This document shows positions 37,261 to 50,297 of a DNA stretch of 64,000 nucleotides, one piece after another; position 1 is the first letter of the stretch; the number at the start of each line of letters is the position of its first letter. Position numbers and translations under genes: made by a program. The notes beneath the pieces are model-generated. The model was not told where the DNA came from. It searched no databases and was given only the letters and a program-made list of their open reading frames with translations. The DNA comes from Okamejei kenojei (lineage: Eukaryota): the NCBI GenBank assembly GCA_035221665.1, contig CM069155.1, forward strand, positions 27,776,001 through 27,840,000, in the 5' to 3' direction.

Positions 37261-39264
37261 GGCGTTGCGGGGTCTTAAGGGGTGCCGACTCGGGAGGGGG
37301 AGGGGTTTTTGTGGGTCTTGCGAGCGTGGGGTGGGAGGGAGGTTGGGTGTGTCGGCTGCGGCTATGGAGGGGAACTGTTGTTGGGAGCATTGGGGAAGGG
37401 AGTTTGTAATAACTTTATAGAGTCTCTGACTGGAATCGTCATGTGATATGTTCAATATCGTACCGGTGAATATGTTGGTAGTCATTTGCAGTGGCTAGTC
37501 TTTGTGAAATAAAGAAGACCCACACTGCCAACAGCGTGTGTACAGGCTTCGTGAGTGTGCTGGCTTTCTTGCTGCGGCTGTAGTTGTATTATCTTACAGT
37601 TAGGTGGCAGGTGCTAGGGGGAGGTGGGGGAGAAGAGCAGAGCAATCATTCCATTTCTCCATCAGTCCTATAAAATACTCCACGGTGACTGCGCTCCGGC
37701 TGCCCGGGCTACGGTAGGCTGTTCGCCCTCTAGGGGGCAGTCTGTAGTTGATCTTCGCTCCAGGGCTTCCCCTCTTACAACAATCCACAATTCGGCTAGT
37801 ACGGCACCCCAATAAAATAATACTCTCCCACATCCAAAACCTCTCCTATCAGGTACCCTTCCGCATCATGGTAATGCCTCCATCTTCTGAACACACCACC
37901 ACTCTCTTTGGCACTCCGTTCATCTGCGTCAGTACATGCATCTCCTCTCTCCTCGCTATCCCATCCTACCGTCTCTCCAGAACTACCATTCTAACTCCCT
38001 CAGGCCCTTGTTTTTGCTGCGACTTCCATCCTGCTCTCTCTCGCCCACTACACTTCCCCACCCTCCCCTCTCCCCATCCACAAGCGTCTATGGATCCCGC
38101 CACTCCCCTCCCCTCCCCAACTGCCGTAATTGTTTTACTCATAATTTTCTGGTGTTAAGTTGTTGCAGCATTTGTACTTAGTCCAATGGAATCTGGAATT
38201 TTGAGCTTGGTAGAAGCGTTATCTACATCAGAGATAATAATGTACGAACTTGTGTAAAGGCAAAATGGGTTCAACTTGAATCTCTGTCCCAAAAACGGTG
38301 CACAGGGTAGGGTATTGGGTGCTGTTGTTGTCGTCCTCATCTGTGTGGTCGTGATGTGAGTGTGTGTGCGTGTAAGTGTCGCTTCCGAAAACCGCTATGC
38401 TGGTGGGTACTGTTTCGGTTTGTGTTATTTTCATATTCTGACTCTCATTTTCCCCTCCACGCAGTAATCAGGTTCACTTAAGATTTCATCCTATATTTTG
38501 CACATTATTGACGATTCAAGTTTTAAGAAAAGGCAAAATCCGGTTCTCACACACAGCCTTTCTCCAGGACTTTCCACTGATGATGTCACAATGCCACTCA
38601 CAGTGCACCACTCACAATGGACTCTCAAGCTGCCGAGTGCCAATTACATCACAATTGGACGTTGCCAATGGTAACAGCAGCTTCTCACGGACAACCTTTT
38701 TTCCAGGATCTTCCAGTGATGATAATCACAGTGGGCTCCCAAGCTGCAGAGTGCCCCCCCCCCCCCCGGGTTTTTCAAAGCCCTGCTCCCTCCGTGGGTT
38801 ATTCTTAGTCTAGTATATTACTAAAACTTGTTTGTATGCGTGTATTGACATCCCGAAACCCCATCAAAACGGTACACGATAGCGCTACAATGTTTAGCCC
38901 ACCTTACTCATCTTTGTCCTGTGATGTAAATTAAATGGGTTTTGTTCAGATTGATGGTATGTTTTACAAGTTATTGACATTTTAAACTTTATAAAAATCA
39001 CTTTACAAACCACTTTTCCACTTGCCGTGTTCGACGTCACAATGGGATCCCGAATCTCATTTACATTTAAAAATCGCGATTTTCAAAAACACTTTAAATC
39101 AATTTCTTCGGTTTTCAGTATATTAAAGAAAAAACGTGGTTTTCATTGAGAATTTTTTTTTTTTTAACAACGAGATTTTCATTGTGGGGGAGGGTGGGGA
39201 GTGGGGGAGCAAGGGGACAGAGGGAGAGGAGGGGAAAGGGGGCAGGTGAGGGAGGTGGGGGAGG

Positions 39265-39335
39265 TGAGAGAGAGAGAGACACACCACACAGACAGACACA
39301 GACAGAGACCACACACACACACACACACACAGACA
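39265..39335. repeat. (GA)n/(CA)n compound microsatellite
   Basis: gagagagagagagac...cacacacacacacacacaca. Confidence 0.85.
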
Positions 39336-39519
39336 GAGTTCTGTGCAGAGATGGTATGAAGTTGTATGCACGTTGCCACTGATGGAGATGAACATTTTGT
39401 GCCGGGTCAGAGATTGTATAAATGGGGGCATTTCATTTTATGAAGGGTGATGTAAAGAGATGGGGGGTTTTTGAGTGGTAGGTGGTGCACAGATTGGCAG
39501 ATGTAGCCAAGAGTAGAAT

Positions 39520-40490
39520 CATGGAGTCATACAACTGGTGCAGGTCAAATAAGAGGTACCGCCTAAGTTAGTCCCGTTTACCATCACCTGGTGCACATCC
39601 CTCCAGATCCATGTACGTCCAAAAGTCTTAACTGTTGTTATTGCAGCTGCCTCAACTATTTTTCCCCACCCCTTAAACCTATGCTCTCTAGTTTATCATT
39701 CCCCTACCCTGGGAAAAAAGGACTGCATGCATTCACCCTATCTATTCCCCTCATGATTTTATATAACTCTATAAGATCACTTCTCAGCCCCCTGCATTCC
39801 AAGGAATTAAGTCCCAGCATTCCCAACCTCCCTATAGCTCAGGCCCTTAGGTTTTGGCAAAATCCTTGTAAATCTTCTCTGCACTCTCTCCAGCTTAATG
39901 GCATCTTTCCTATTGCGGGGTGACCAAAACTGAACACAATATTCCATGTGTGGCCTCAAGTCTTGTATAACTGTAACATAACATCTGAACCTATATACTC
40001 AAATCTTCAACTGACGAAGGCCAGCATGTCAAAAGCCTTCTTTAATGCTAGTACCCCCACATCCGTCTGTTCTACAACACTCCCCAGGGCCCTACCCTTT
40101 ACTGTGAAGATCCTGCCCAGGTATGTTTTCCAAAATGTAACTGCTCATATTTATCTGAATTAAACTTAATTTGCCATTTCTCAGTCCACCTGCCAAGCTG
40201 ATCAAGATCCCACTGTGATTATTGATAACCATCTGTCTATGATATCACCATGCAAAATTACTAATCATACCTTGAATACTCCCTTCATACCTTGAATACT
40301 CCCATTCAAATCATTAATACAGATGACAAACAGCAATGGGCCCTGTACTGATCCTTGAGACATGCCACTGGACACAGGCCTCAAAAAAACTTCTACCATC
40401 ACCGTTTCACCGTCCTACCATGAAGCTAATTCTGTGTGTCATTAGCTAGCTCTTCCTGGATCCCCACACATTGTAATCTTTAGAGCAGCC
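39520..40490 (-). mobile_element. CR1 LINE fragment
   Basis: tctattcccctcatgattttatataactctataagatcac matches the antisense CR1 3' region. Confidence 0.7.
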
Positions 40491-41368
40491 TATCATGTAC
40501 ATTCTCCCTGTGACCACATGGGTTTGCACCAAGAGCTCCGGTTTCCTCCCACACTCCAAAGACGTGCTTTTGGCTTTGGTAAAAATTGTAAATTGTCCCT
40601 AGTGTGTAAGATAGTGCTAGTGTACGGGGTGATTTCCTGGTCGGTGCGGATTCCAGGGGCCAAAGGGCCTGTTTCTGCACTGCATCTCTAAAGTGTTAGC
40701 CTAAAGTGTCACAGACTGGGACCACAAAGGCTAGCGTTGGGCTGTAGGAGGCACTGACTGGAAGTGAGGTAGAGTTTCTGTGGGGCATTGCTCAGCGTTC
40801 ACTGTACTGGCAAGGTAATGTCAGAGTGCAGAGAAGAGACTAGTGGACACACAGACAGGAATCAGGTGAAAATAATGGGTATTGGAAAGATGATGATAGG
40901 GATTGGAGACTTAATAGGGTTGGACAGTCCTGGTGATAGTGAATATATAGGACACACAGAAAGGTATTTGACTATCATTTAAATGATGGGAAGCCTAGAA
41001 CTGTGGAATAATGGAAACGCTTAGAGGCCTGTGAACAGAACTCATGTACAGCTTTTATTAATAAATAGAAGCATGGAATTGAAACAGGACATGGTTTAGC
41101 TATGTTTCAGTTTTACAAACATCTGCTTGGATTCAGTTTGGATAGTGTTGCGGTCTGGGTATTATAGTGATAAAGAGGGTAGGAACATTGGATCAAGCAC
41201 TGTGGATTCACCAGACTTGTACTTCAGCTGAAAGGTTGATTTTTTAAAGAATGATCTTGTAGAATGGAGATTAAATAGTTATATAATTGAAGTGTTAGGT
41301 TAGGAAATTCAAGCCGAGATGTATTCAATGCCTGCTCACCCACTCCTCTGGCTTTGAATTTGCGTCAG

Positions 41369-41563
41369 GGGCATCTGCGAACGAAGACCACAATGAGACG
41401 ACCAGGGTTCCGGAGACGGTGGAGCCTGGCGTGAGCGTGGCTCAGATCGACGAGCAGGTGAAGCCGCCCTCTGGCCGTGAGCCCGGCGTCCAGCGACCAG
41501 TCAGTGGCGGTACCTCGCCCGTAAGGCAGCCTGCCAAGCGGAAACGGGACCTCGGAGTTCTAG
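41369..41563 (+). CDS. PIK3IP1: PIK3IP1-like exon 2 (stalk; equivalent to the post-kringle exon)
   Basis: gtcag| acceptor; GASANEDHNETT...GVQRPVSGGTSPVRQPAKRKRDLGVL aligns with human AVQPVIGISQRVRMNSKEKKDLGTL; G|gtacag; 195 nt. Confidence 0.85.
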
Positions 41564-42189
41564 GTACAGTCATTGCACTCTAATACTAGCATGGTTACAG
41601 GAGGGGGCTATTCGGTCCGTCGAGTCTGTGCCAGCTCTTTAACAGCAACACTGCTTGTTCTACTCTGCCACAAGTTCTTTCTGCTATTTGTCCTGCATCC
41701 TTTTGAACACTGAATCTGCCCTCTCATTCTGGCCCCCAATCGCATGCCTTGTATAATATACTTTCCCTAATGTTATTTTTGATTCTTGCTGGTCAACTTC
41801 ATTTGATGACTTCTCATTCTATATACCCTTCATGATTTTAACAAGTACCCCTTTCAGATTCTCCCCCCCCCCCCCAAATGCTCTGTTGCAGCAAAAACAG
41901 CCCAGCGTCTCCAGCCCGTGCGCATCATTGAAGCCCCTCATCCTTGAAGTAATTTGGCAAATCTTGTCAGCACCCACTCTGGAGTTTAATTTAGTTCAGA
42001 GATACAGCACCGACCAGCGGTCCCCGCATATTAACACTATCCTACACACACTAGGGACAATTTTTACATTTACCAAGCCAATTTACCTACATACCTGTAC
42101 ATCTTTGGAGTGTGGGAGGAAACCAAAGATCTCTGAGAAAGCCCATGAAGGTCACGGGGAGAGCGTACAAAGTCCGTACTGACTACAGG

Positions 42190-43240
42190 AGTAGTCACAT
42201 CTTTTCTGCAGTGTGGTGACCAGAACCGCACACCATACTCCATCGTGGCCTAACCGAGGCTTTATGAAGTTGGAGCCAGACCATCTTGCATTTGTACTCA
42301 GTACCCTGGTTAATGTAGTCATGCATCCAATATGCCACTTTCACCACCCCATCTACCAGTGCTGCCACATTGCTTTGTTCCTCAATACTCCCCAGAGCCC
42401 TGCCATTCATGGTGTACAGTCTACCCTGTTAGACCTCCCAAAATAAGCATCTCATTAGGCTTGTCAGTATGAAATGCCATCTGCCATTGCCTCATATTGA
42501 TATAATTCTACAATCTAAGACTACCCTCTTCTGCATCAGTATCAACTGTCGTTCAAAATGTTCATATGCAAGTTGCTAAATGTATATAACAAACAGCAAG
42601 GTTACCACCACAGACCCAAGAGACACACTGGTCACAGGCTTCCCTTCAGTGACAACCCTCCACCCTGTGCCTCCTATTACCACACTTGTTTTTTTAATTT
42701 AGTTTGGCAACATGCTCTGAATTCCACAGGCTCCAACCTTTTGCAGCAATGTTCCCTAAGGGGCCAAATCATAGATCTAACTAAAGTCCATCATGTAAAC
42801 CACATTAACCACACTGCCCTCATCAACATAGTTACTGCTTCAAAAAAATTCAAATACATTTAGTCAGACATGATCTCCCACCACCTACCATGAAACTATT
42901 CTTCCTCAATCCATGGCTTTCCAAGTAGGATCCTACCCCTCAGAATGATTTTCATTATCGTCCCCACTGCTGACATTAGACTAACTAGTCTGTGACTACC
43001 TGGATTATTCCTGTTGCCCTTCTTGAATAAATGTGCACATTTGCTGCCTTCCGTTCATCTGGTGCTTCGCTTGTCGCCAGAGGATATTTAAACATCTTAT
43101 CACGGCCTCAGCAATCTCCTCTCTTGCCTTCTCTAGCATCCTGCCGCTCATCTCACCAGGCTCTAGGAGTTTATCCAACTTTATGCCTATGAAGACATCT
43201 AATACTTGGTCTTATTTCATAGCTAGAATTTCATTAGTCC
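42190..43240 (-). mobile_element. CR1 LINE fragment
   Basis: Minus-strand LHKASVRP-like peptide; further antisense CR1 pieces at 34100-34620, 43960-44230, 46740-46960, 52550-53990. Confidence 0.6.
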
Positions 43241-43283
43241 AACTGAAATCTCTACCACAATGTCTCCTCGTGAATACAGGTTG

Positions 43284-43537
43284 GGTGACACAGCGGTAGA
43301 GCTGCTGCCTTACAGCGGCAGAGACTCGGGTTTGATCCCGACTACAGTTGCTGGTTCTATGGAGTTTGCATGTTCTCCCTGTGACCGCGTGGGTTTTCTC
43401 CGGGTGCTCCCGTCTCCTGCCGCATTCCAAAGACGTGCAGGTTTGTAGGTTAATTGGCTTCTGTAAATTGTTCCTAGAGTGTAGAATAGAACAAGTATAC
43501 GGGATGATTATTGGTCGGCACAGACTCAGCGGGCCGA
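43284..43537 (+). mobile_element. tRNA-derived SINE (V-SINE/HE1-like)
   Basis: tRNA-like head with A/B boxes (cagcggtagagc...gggtttgatccc) and core gggttttctccgggtgctcc...ccaaagacgtgc. Confidence 0.8.
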
Positions 43538-43835
43538 TTATAGATTAACCAAACACACGATTATCAATGCTCTTAAGTTCATCTGCCTTGCCAATCTGGC
43601 TGCTTGTGATAAAGTAGATTCCATTTTGCCTTCCAGTCCTAGTGTGCTGTGTTTCATGCCCATGTCCGTGTACTACTCTTTACAACTTTCTCTTCTGTGT
43701 TTGTCTGAACCTCGCCCTAGCTGTTTTTCTACTCATTGTCCATTCCTCCTGCTAGTTTAGTTATAAATGTCCTCAACAGCATGAGCAAATATATTGGACC
43801 CATTCTCGTACAAGTTCCACCTTCCCCAGAAATGT

Positions 43836-43964
43836 TCTGCAGAAGGGTCTCCGCCCGAAACATCACCCATTCCTCTCTCCAGAGATGCTGCCTGTCCCGC
43901 TGAGTTACTCCAGCTTTTTGTCTACCTTCTATTTAAATCAACATCTGCAGTTCTTTCCTACACA
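43836..43964 (+). mobile_element. Penelope-derived terminal repeat
   Basis: agaagggtctccgcccgaaacatcacccatt...; further copies near 6345, 16022, 29719, 30860, 50004, 51440, 55838, 59800. Confidence 0.7.
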
Positions 43965-44462
43965 TGCTGACCAGGTGTTCATCTAAGCTGGTCCCATTTG
44001 TGTGAAGAAGTTGCCTCTTGAATTGCTATTAAAGCTTTCCCCTCTCATCTTAAACCTGTGCCCTCTTGACCTTAATTCCCCAATCCTGGGAAAACGTGTG
44101 TGCATTCTATTCCCCTCATGATTTTGTACACCTCTGTAAGATCACCCCTCACACTCTTACGATTCAAGGAATAAAATCCTAGACTGCTCAATTTTTCCCT
44201 ATAGCTTCGTCTCTCGAGTCCTAGGGTTGAGCATTGGAGATCTGCCAGCTTATGCTTGACCCAGACACATGTTTGCTTACAAGTATTGACTCTACACTGT
44301 GTATGGTCACCAAGTAGCATTGTTCAACACAAGATCCCATTCAGAGGTATTGAACCTGTAGAGCTCGTTATTGTGAAACTCTTTACCCCCAGACTCTGAA
44401 AAGTCTGTCTGTGACCACCCATCTTTTCCTCTTTTCAATATTGGTTTATTTTTCAATCCTAG

Positions 44463-44541
44463 GTCGGGCTATGGCGATTGGAATGATTATCATCATCATA
44501 GTTTTGGGTTCTGGCATCACAGTGGGCTACATCTATAAACG
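44463..44541 (+). CDS. PIK3IP1: PIK3IP1-like exon 3 (transmembrane helix)
   Basis: tcctag| acceptor; GRAMAIGMIIIIIVLGSGITVGYIYKR vs human GYVLGITMMVIIIAIGAGIILGYSYKR; CG|gtaag; 79 nt. Confidence 0.92.
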
Positions 44542-45240
44542 GTAAGGACAAGCCTCCTGGAGTGACTGGAAGGTGTGTCATCTGGTAGTGGGATGTAGTA
44601 TTGGGCTGAGAGACCAGGGTTGATTCCTGTTGAAGTCTAGGCATGGGTTCCTGGTCCAACCGTTGGTTCATGTCTCACCACTGTCTCCCGGCCTGAGCGC
44701 CGGCTCGTGTCCAGCCAGTATTGGCTGAGTATCGGCTGGGCTTTATTCCAGTGGCCCCATCGGGGCTTCTGGTTCGCAAGTATCAGAGGGCTGGTCAAGA
44801 AGTAATGGAGGTGTAGGGTCAGCTGTGACAGTGTTGAACGGTGCAGCAGGCTTGTTCCGGGTGACCTGCCCTTGCACCAGTTCTACTCCTGCTCCCATTC
44901 ATAGCTGAGTTCCTACGTCACCGCACTCCCGGCCTGCTCCATGCCCGTAGGTTCTCAGCTGCCTGACCTTTGGCCACAGGCTGGCCAAATTCAGTCTGGC
45001 CACAATCAACCCACTTCACTTTGACTCCACCTTCATTGCCGTTAAAGCTGCTGCTGCTGTTGGCATCTGCTGGGCAGCGTCTCTTCCTTGTATCCTAAAT
45101 TCCAAGGGACGCCGGCTTGAACAGATCTGGTCGGCAACAGTTGGGCTGGGCTGATGCATCTCCACTGGAGCTGCTGGCAGAGCAGCAATTCCGGACTGCA
45201 GTCTCTGGGAACCTCTGCCTGTCCTCTCCACATTAGGGGG

Positions 45241-45548
45241 GGCCCGGCGTTGCAGCGGTAGAGTTGCTGCTTTACAGAGCCAGTGACCTGGGTTAGATCC
45301 TGACGAAGGGTGCTGTCTGTACGGAGTTTGTATGTTCTCCACGTGACTGCATGGGTTTTCTCTGGGTGCTCTGGTTTCCTCCAACAGTCCAAAGACATAC
45401 AGTGTTGTAGGCTAATTGGCTTGGTATAGTTGTAAATTGTCCTTAGTGTGTAGAGGATAACATTAGTGTGCTGGGATCCATGGTCGGTGTGGACTCGCTA
45501 GGCTGAAGAGCCTGTTTCCGGGCTGGTTCTCTAAACTAAAGTAAACAA
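45241..45548 (+). mobile_element. tRNA-derived SINE (V-SINE/HE1-like)
   Basis: gcagcggtagagttgctgc...ggtttcctccaacagtccaaagac...ctctaaactaaa; other copies near 26070, 26740, 40497, 41985, 49010, 56340, 58660. Confidence 0.8.
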
Positions 45549-45872
45549 AAAATGTCTCCAGTAGCAAACGGACAGAGATCTTGGATCACTATGTCACAGC
45601 TACTGGATGAATCCACTGCCTGCCTTCCTTTGGGCTAACTCAATTCCTATGTGAATGTAATGGCTCTACCATCACTGATGATCCCTTCAGCCTCTCTAAT
45701 CCCTGGGCTCTGGAATGCCTCCCCTTATAGCCTACCACTGACCAAGCTTTGGCTCCCGTCCCTCAAGTTCGGCTCGGAGTGAAATGTTGCCTGGACAAAG
45801 CTCTGCATTAAAGGTACTCTGTAAACGGATGTGGCTGAGAAATTAATGGGACTTTGTACCATTTTATGGCAG

Positions 45873-46080
45873 AGGACAAGCTATAAAGAGGGAACAGGAG
45901 CAGCGAGCACACGAACAAGAGATCCAGCGAATCATGCTGCCGTTGTCGGCCTTCACCAACCCCAGCTGTGAGCTGGAGGACGAGGTGACGGTGATGATGG
46001 TGAACCTTCAGGCACTGACCGGGGAAGACAGTGAGGCGGACAGTTCTCGTGCAACCGCCACTGGCACTCCTGGGGCTTGA
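45873..46080 (+). CDS. PIK3IP1: PIK3IP1-like last exon (cytoplasmic p110-interacting region)
   Basis: GQAIKREQEQRAHEQEIQRIMLPLSAFTNPSCE...GTPGA* vs human EREMQRITLPLSAFTNPTCE...GTPGA*; phase 2 consistent with the previous exon. Confidence 0.93.
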
Positions 46081-49000
46081 GTTTAGGCGCAAACCAGTGG
46101 AAAGGATCTCTGGCTGTGGAATCTGAAGAGAGAGCGAGCTTGCTTGAATCTTTATAACATGACTCCGGACACACAACTCATCCTGACAACTGCCGCACTG
46201 TGGAGTTTCCTGGAAGGATCTGGCCATATCTGGGTGCTGATAATCAATGCATGAAGAGCGTTTAGCAGTATCCAGCAGTGAATCATGTGATGGTTCTGTT
46301 TTATATTTTAAGCTGCATTTTAAACATAACCTGGGTTTGGACACGTGAATGGTAAACGGAGTGTTGCTAGTGTTTCAAACTTTAATATAGACATTTCTAG
46401 GGGTGGGGGTTGGAATTACTGTGTGAAGTATTGTGCGCCACAAGCGGAGAGGGCAACACAACCGGGTTTAAAGATGGGAGGGCAGGGCATGCAGGGTGTC
46501 TCCGTTCAGTAGGATGGTGATAGATCAACTCGTTATCCTGTCCTTCCCCTCGTTCCCCGCAGTGCCCTGCACTCTGTCGATAAACTCTAAGCGCCCTGTG
46601 GCAACTTTGATTGAAGCTCTCCTCCCTGTCCAACAGCCTAGTTCTGTCACTCTGTCCTTGTTGTAGACAGTCCAGTGGGGGAAGAGCCCGAGCTTCCACT
46701 TGGCTGAGCTCCGCAACCACTTGCTCAATTTGTGTGACTCAACATATAACCCTTGCTCTTGGGATGAACCCTCCACATCCCAGGGATCAGTTGAGTGTTT
46801 ATCAGTGTGTCCCGGCTTTCAGCACAAGAATATCACTCCTCAGGAAAGGATACTGAAACGGAACAAAATACTCCAGCTGCAGCCTCACCAAAGCCTTAGC
46901 AATTGCACGAGCAGTATTCTCTGTCCTCTTTAAGCAAATACCTCCAGTATTGGAATCGCTGATCACCTGCTGTTAACTCTCAGGGATTTGAGATCAGGGA
47001 TTTGCCTGACCCAGGCCAATTTTTTGCTTTTCTATTTTTCACATTTCCCCCCCCCCCCCCCCTCCCACATTCAGTCAGCCCCCTCCCTATCCAATCACAA
47101 CCACACTACATTCCTCCCCACTGCATTCCCACATACAGCCCCATGGAATGCCCCACTCAGCGCCCCCATAAACCAGCCTACACTTTAACAATGCTGAGGA
47201 GCTGTGGAACTAACTGAGGAAGCTGGTCTGCTGAGGTTATACTGCAGGATTGCATGTGCCAACATTGTGAACCTACCCCAGAAACACAAAGGCAGTGGAT
47301 GGGAACTGAGCTCCTCAAATCTGCTACCTCTTACCCAGAATGATGGTGGACATTTAAACAGCCAACTCATGACGGTGGCAGGGTCTGGCACTTGATATAC
47401 AAGGTGACTGTGAAATATTCACAGCCTGGAGTGGTTGAGTACCTGATCCCCCTCTTACTCCCTTCACAAGGAATTGCTATGAGCTCAGATGCAGCATCCC
47501 TTATTGGTGCAGAGTACGTGCTACAGAACCAACCATCTCTCAACTCAATCCAGGGGTTCACTACATCTCTCCATCAGGACAATGCTCTGGGCCCACCGAC
47601 CCACTCAATATTATCCCTCCCTCTCAAATTGCTGCTTCCCCAATCTGTTTCACGTCCCACTCTCTTCGTGGTGGATATTATGGTCTGATCCGACCCTCCC
47701 ACCACAGTCTAAGGGCTCTGACCTTCACATTGCACATCGTAAACCTAGACGTGTTTCAGCAGTTTATGACGTAAATAACCATGTTGTGCTTCTCAAACTT
47801 GCACCATAAGTTGTAAGTGGCTTTATAATGAACTAAAACTTCCATAACACAATAGCATGATTAACTAATCTTTAAAATGGGGACACATTTTATGAAGTTG
47901 CTGCCAATGTTGAGGAACAAAGAGAGAATGTGTGTGGGAACACTCCCGATCCGAGACCTTTGCCAGACCCACCTCTCATACCATCTAATGATTAATCACT
48001 GCCTTAATCAAAGTAGCAGTCGTTAAATGGGGGGGGGGTGAAATTGCATTTTCAAAGTAGAGAGGGCAGCAGGACAGTTTGAAGTTAGGAGAGGAAGGTA
48101 AGCAGGGCAGCTCCATTCAGCAGGATCAAGGTTGGGGGCTCTTTTGCCATGCCCTATAATCTGGATAAACTAAGCATTCTGTTCCCATCACTGTCTGTCG
48201 CTTTGCCTCCTGGAGGCACTCCACGGGGAAGGGGAAAATGCCTCAACATCCACTCAGCCAAGCTCCGTGACCACTTCCCGGATTTCAGTGTACGTGAACC
48301 CTGCCAAATCCCGGGAATAATGGATGGTCATGAGCAGCTCATCTCCAGGGCAACCCTCCCCCATACACATTCTCTCCACCAACACACTCACCCCAACCCC
48401 AAAGTCAGTGTCAAGGAGCCCCTGAGAAACGATGTTGAAGAAACCCAGGTCCTGACCACCAGTTATTAAATGTGCTAGAAAATCAATTGCAGGTATTACC
48501 TGTGGGCTTTCTGCTTTGGCACCTTCTCCATAATCGGAGCTCTCAAGTATTCAAGAATGTTCCTAATTTATCCAGGAATATGTCATGGAATATTCTGATA
48601 ATTTGTTTTATTACAATGTAATGAAAATTTTGTTTTTAAAGAAACTGTGTTGTGGTGCTTTCTGAGAGGACGTGAAGGGAGGAAGGGGGCAAGGGTGGAG
48701 TGAGCAATCTGGTGGGTTTGGGTGGAAAGCCGAGTCTATGGGAGAAAGATATAATGAGTGAACAGGTGGAAGGGGAAGAGAGCGGTTGGAAGGAAAGGAC
48801 TGCACAGGAAGGAATGAGGTGGTGTGTGGCCGTAAGAGGAATAGAGATGGCATGTCTGGAGGTAGGGGTGGATGAGGGAGTGAGGAAGAGTGAAACGAGT
48901 GGGTCTGTGTGAAATAGAGGGGGCGTGGGTAAGATACTGCAAGGGTAATTAGTGGGCTTGAGAGGATGGAGAATGATGGCAAGAACAGCCAAGCACAGGA

Positions 49001-50003
49001 GAGTAGGGAGAGGTTTTAGTATTAGATACGGGAAGGAAACAGGCCCTTCGGCCCATCAAGTCCGTGCTGACCTGCGATCCTCGTACACTAGCATTATCCT
49101 ATACAATAAAACCCATGCAGCCATGGGTCGAACGTACAAACTTTGTAAAGACTGCACCCGTAGTCAGGATCGAACCCAGGTCGCTGGTGCTGTCAGGCAG
49201 AAAATCTACCGCTGTGTCACTGCTGCCCAGATGTGTAAATGGAATGTAAGTGGGAGGAGGCTATATGTGATGGACATAGTGAGCACCTATTGAAAATGTA
49301 AGTTAAATGAAAGAAGGAGGGGTGTGAGGAGCTTGAGAGGGAGGGAGATTAAAATGGCATGGGTGGAGTAAGGGCATGAATAAGGGTCAAGGGCGAATGG
49401 GGAGGCATTTGATAGCAGGTGCAAGAGTAAATCACAGGGTAAGAATGTGAATGATCCATCAATCTGGCCCATTTGAAAAATCATGTACTGAGACCCACCC
49501 ACCCCTTCAGAGCACCGAGCTCCACCAGATGCCAACAGCACGGGGTGGTAGTGAGGTGATTGTCCCGGGGTTGCTGGGGATCCGCCCCAGGGCAGGAGGT
49601 TTAGGGAAACTGAGAGTAGAGCACCACTGGAAGGATTAGTAGCAGCAGTCAGGGCAGGGTCCCACGGGGGAGTAATTGGCTGCCAGTGTGGGATGAGGAG
49701 GGGAAGGATGATGTATGGAGGCAGTTGAATGAGGAGGACGGGAGGGAGATTTGGGGAAAGTCTGGGAAAGTGGAAGAGTTGAGAAGGTGTGGGAGTGGGG
49801 TTAATGTTTGCATCTGAGTGTGTGTGCATCCGTCCACCTGTATGCTGGCCCCGTGTAGCAGAGGTTGGTCTCCACTTGACCCCATTGTCAATGGGCATAG
49901 ACCTTGATTTGTCACGTGAGAGTGAGGTGGGAAAGCCGAATGTCTGAGGGAGTTGGAGCTGATGCGGAGGACACAAAAAACTAGATATTGGTTTACGAAA
50001 AAA

Positions 50004-50297
50004 CACTCAACAGGTCAGGCAGCATCTCTGGAGGACATGGAAAGACAACATTTTGGATTGGCACTCTACTTCAGTGAAGTACCTGGACTTTCAGAAAGCA
50101 TTTGATAAGGTTCCACATAGGAGATTAGTGGGCAAAATTAGGGCACATGGCACTCAACAGGTCAGGCAGCATCTCTGGAGGACATGGAAAGACAACATTT
50201 TGGATTGGCACTCTACTTCAGTGAAGTACCTGGACTTTCAGAAAGCATTTGATAAGGTTCCACATAGGAGATTAGTGGGCAAAATTAGGGCACATGG
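50004..50297. repeat. Perfect 147-bp tandem duplication (50004-50150 / 50151-50297)
   Basis: Two copies from cactcaacagg to gggcacatgg with no difference seen. Confidence 0.92.

Noticed and set aside
38809-39130. Possible non-autonomous Helitron (TC...TATATTACTAAAA start, CpG-rich body)
   Set aside because: No 3' hairpin-CTAG terminus found; family cannot be supported from sequence alone
43284-43350. tRNA-like sequence (also 45245-45310)
   Set aside because: Head of a tRNA-derived SINE continuing into the SINE body; not a full cloverleaf
46397-46776. Minus-strand ORFs as a possible LIMK2 C-terminus
   Set aside because: No match to the LIMK2 tail; the adjacent sequence is a degenerate CR1 fragment
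49287-50006. 239-aa minus-strand ORF
   Set aside because: Antisense of purine-rich low-complexity sequence; no domain or splice support
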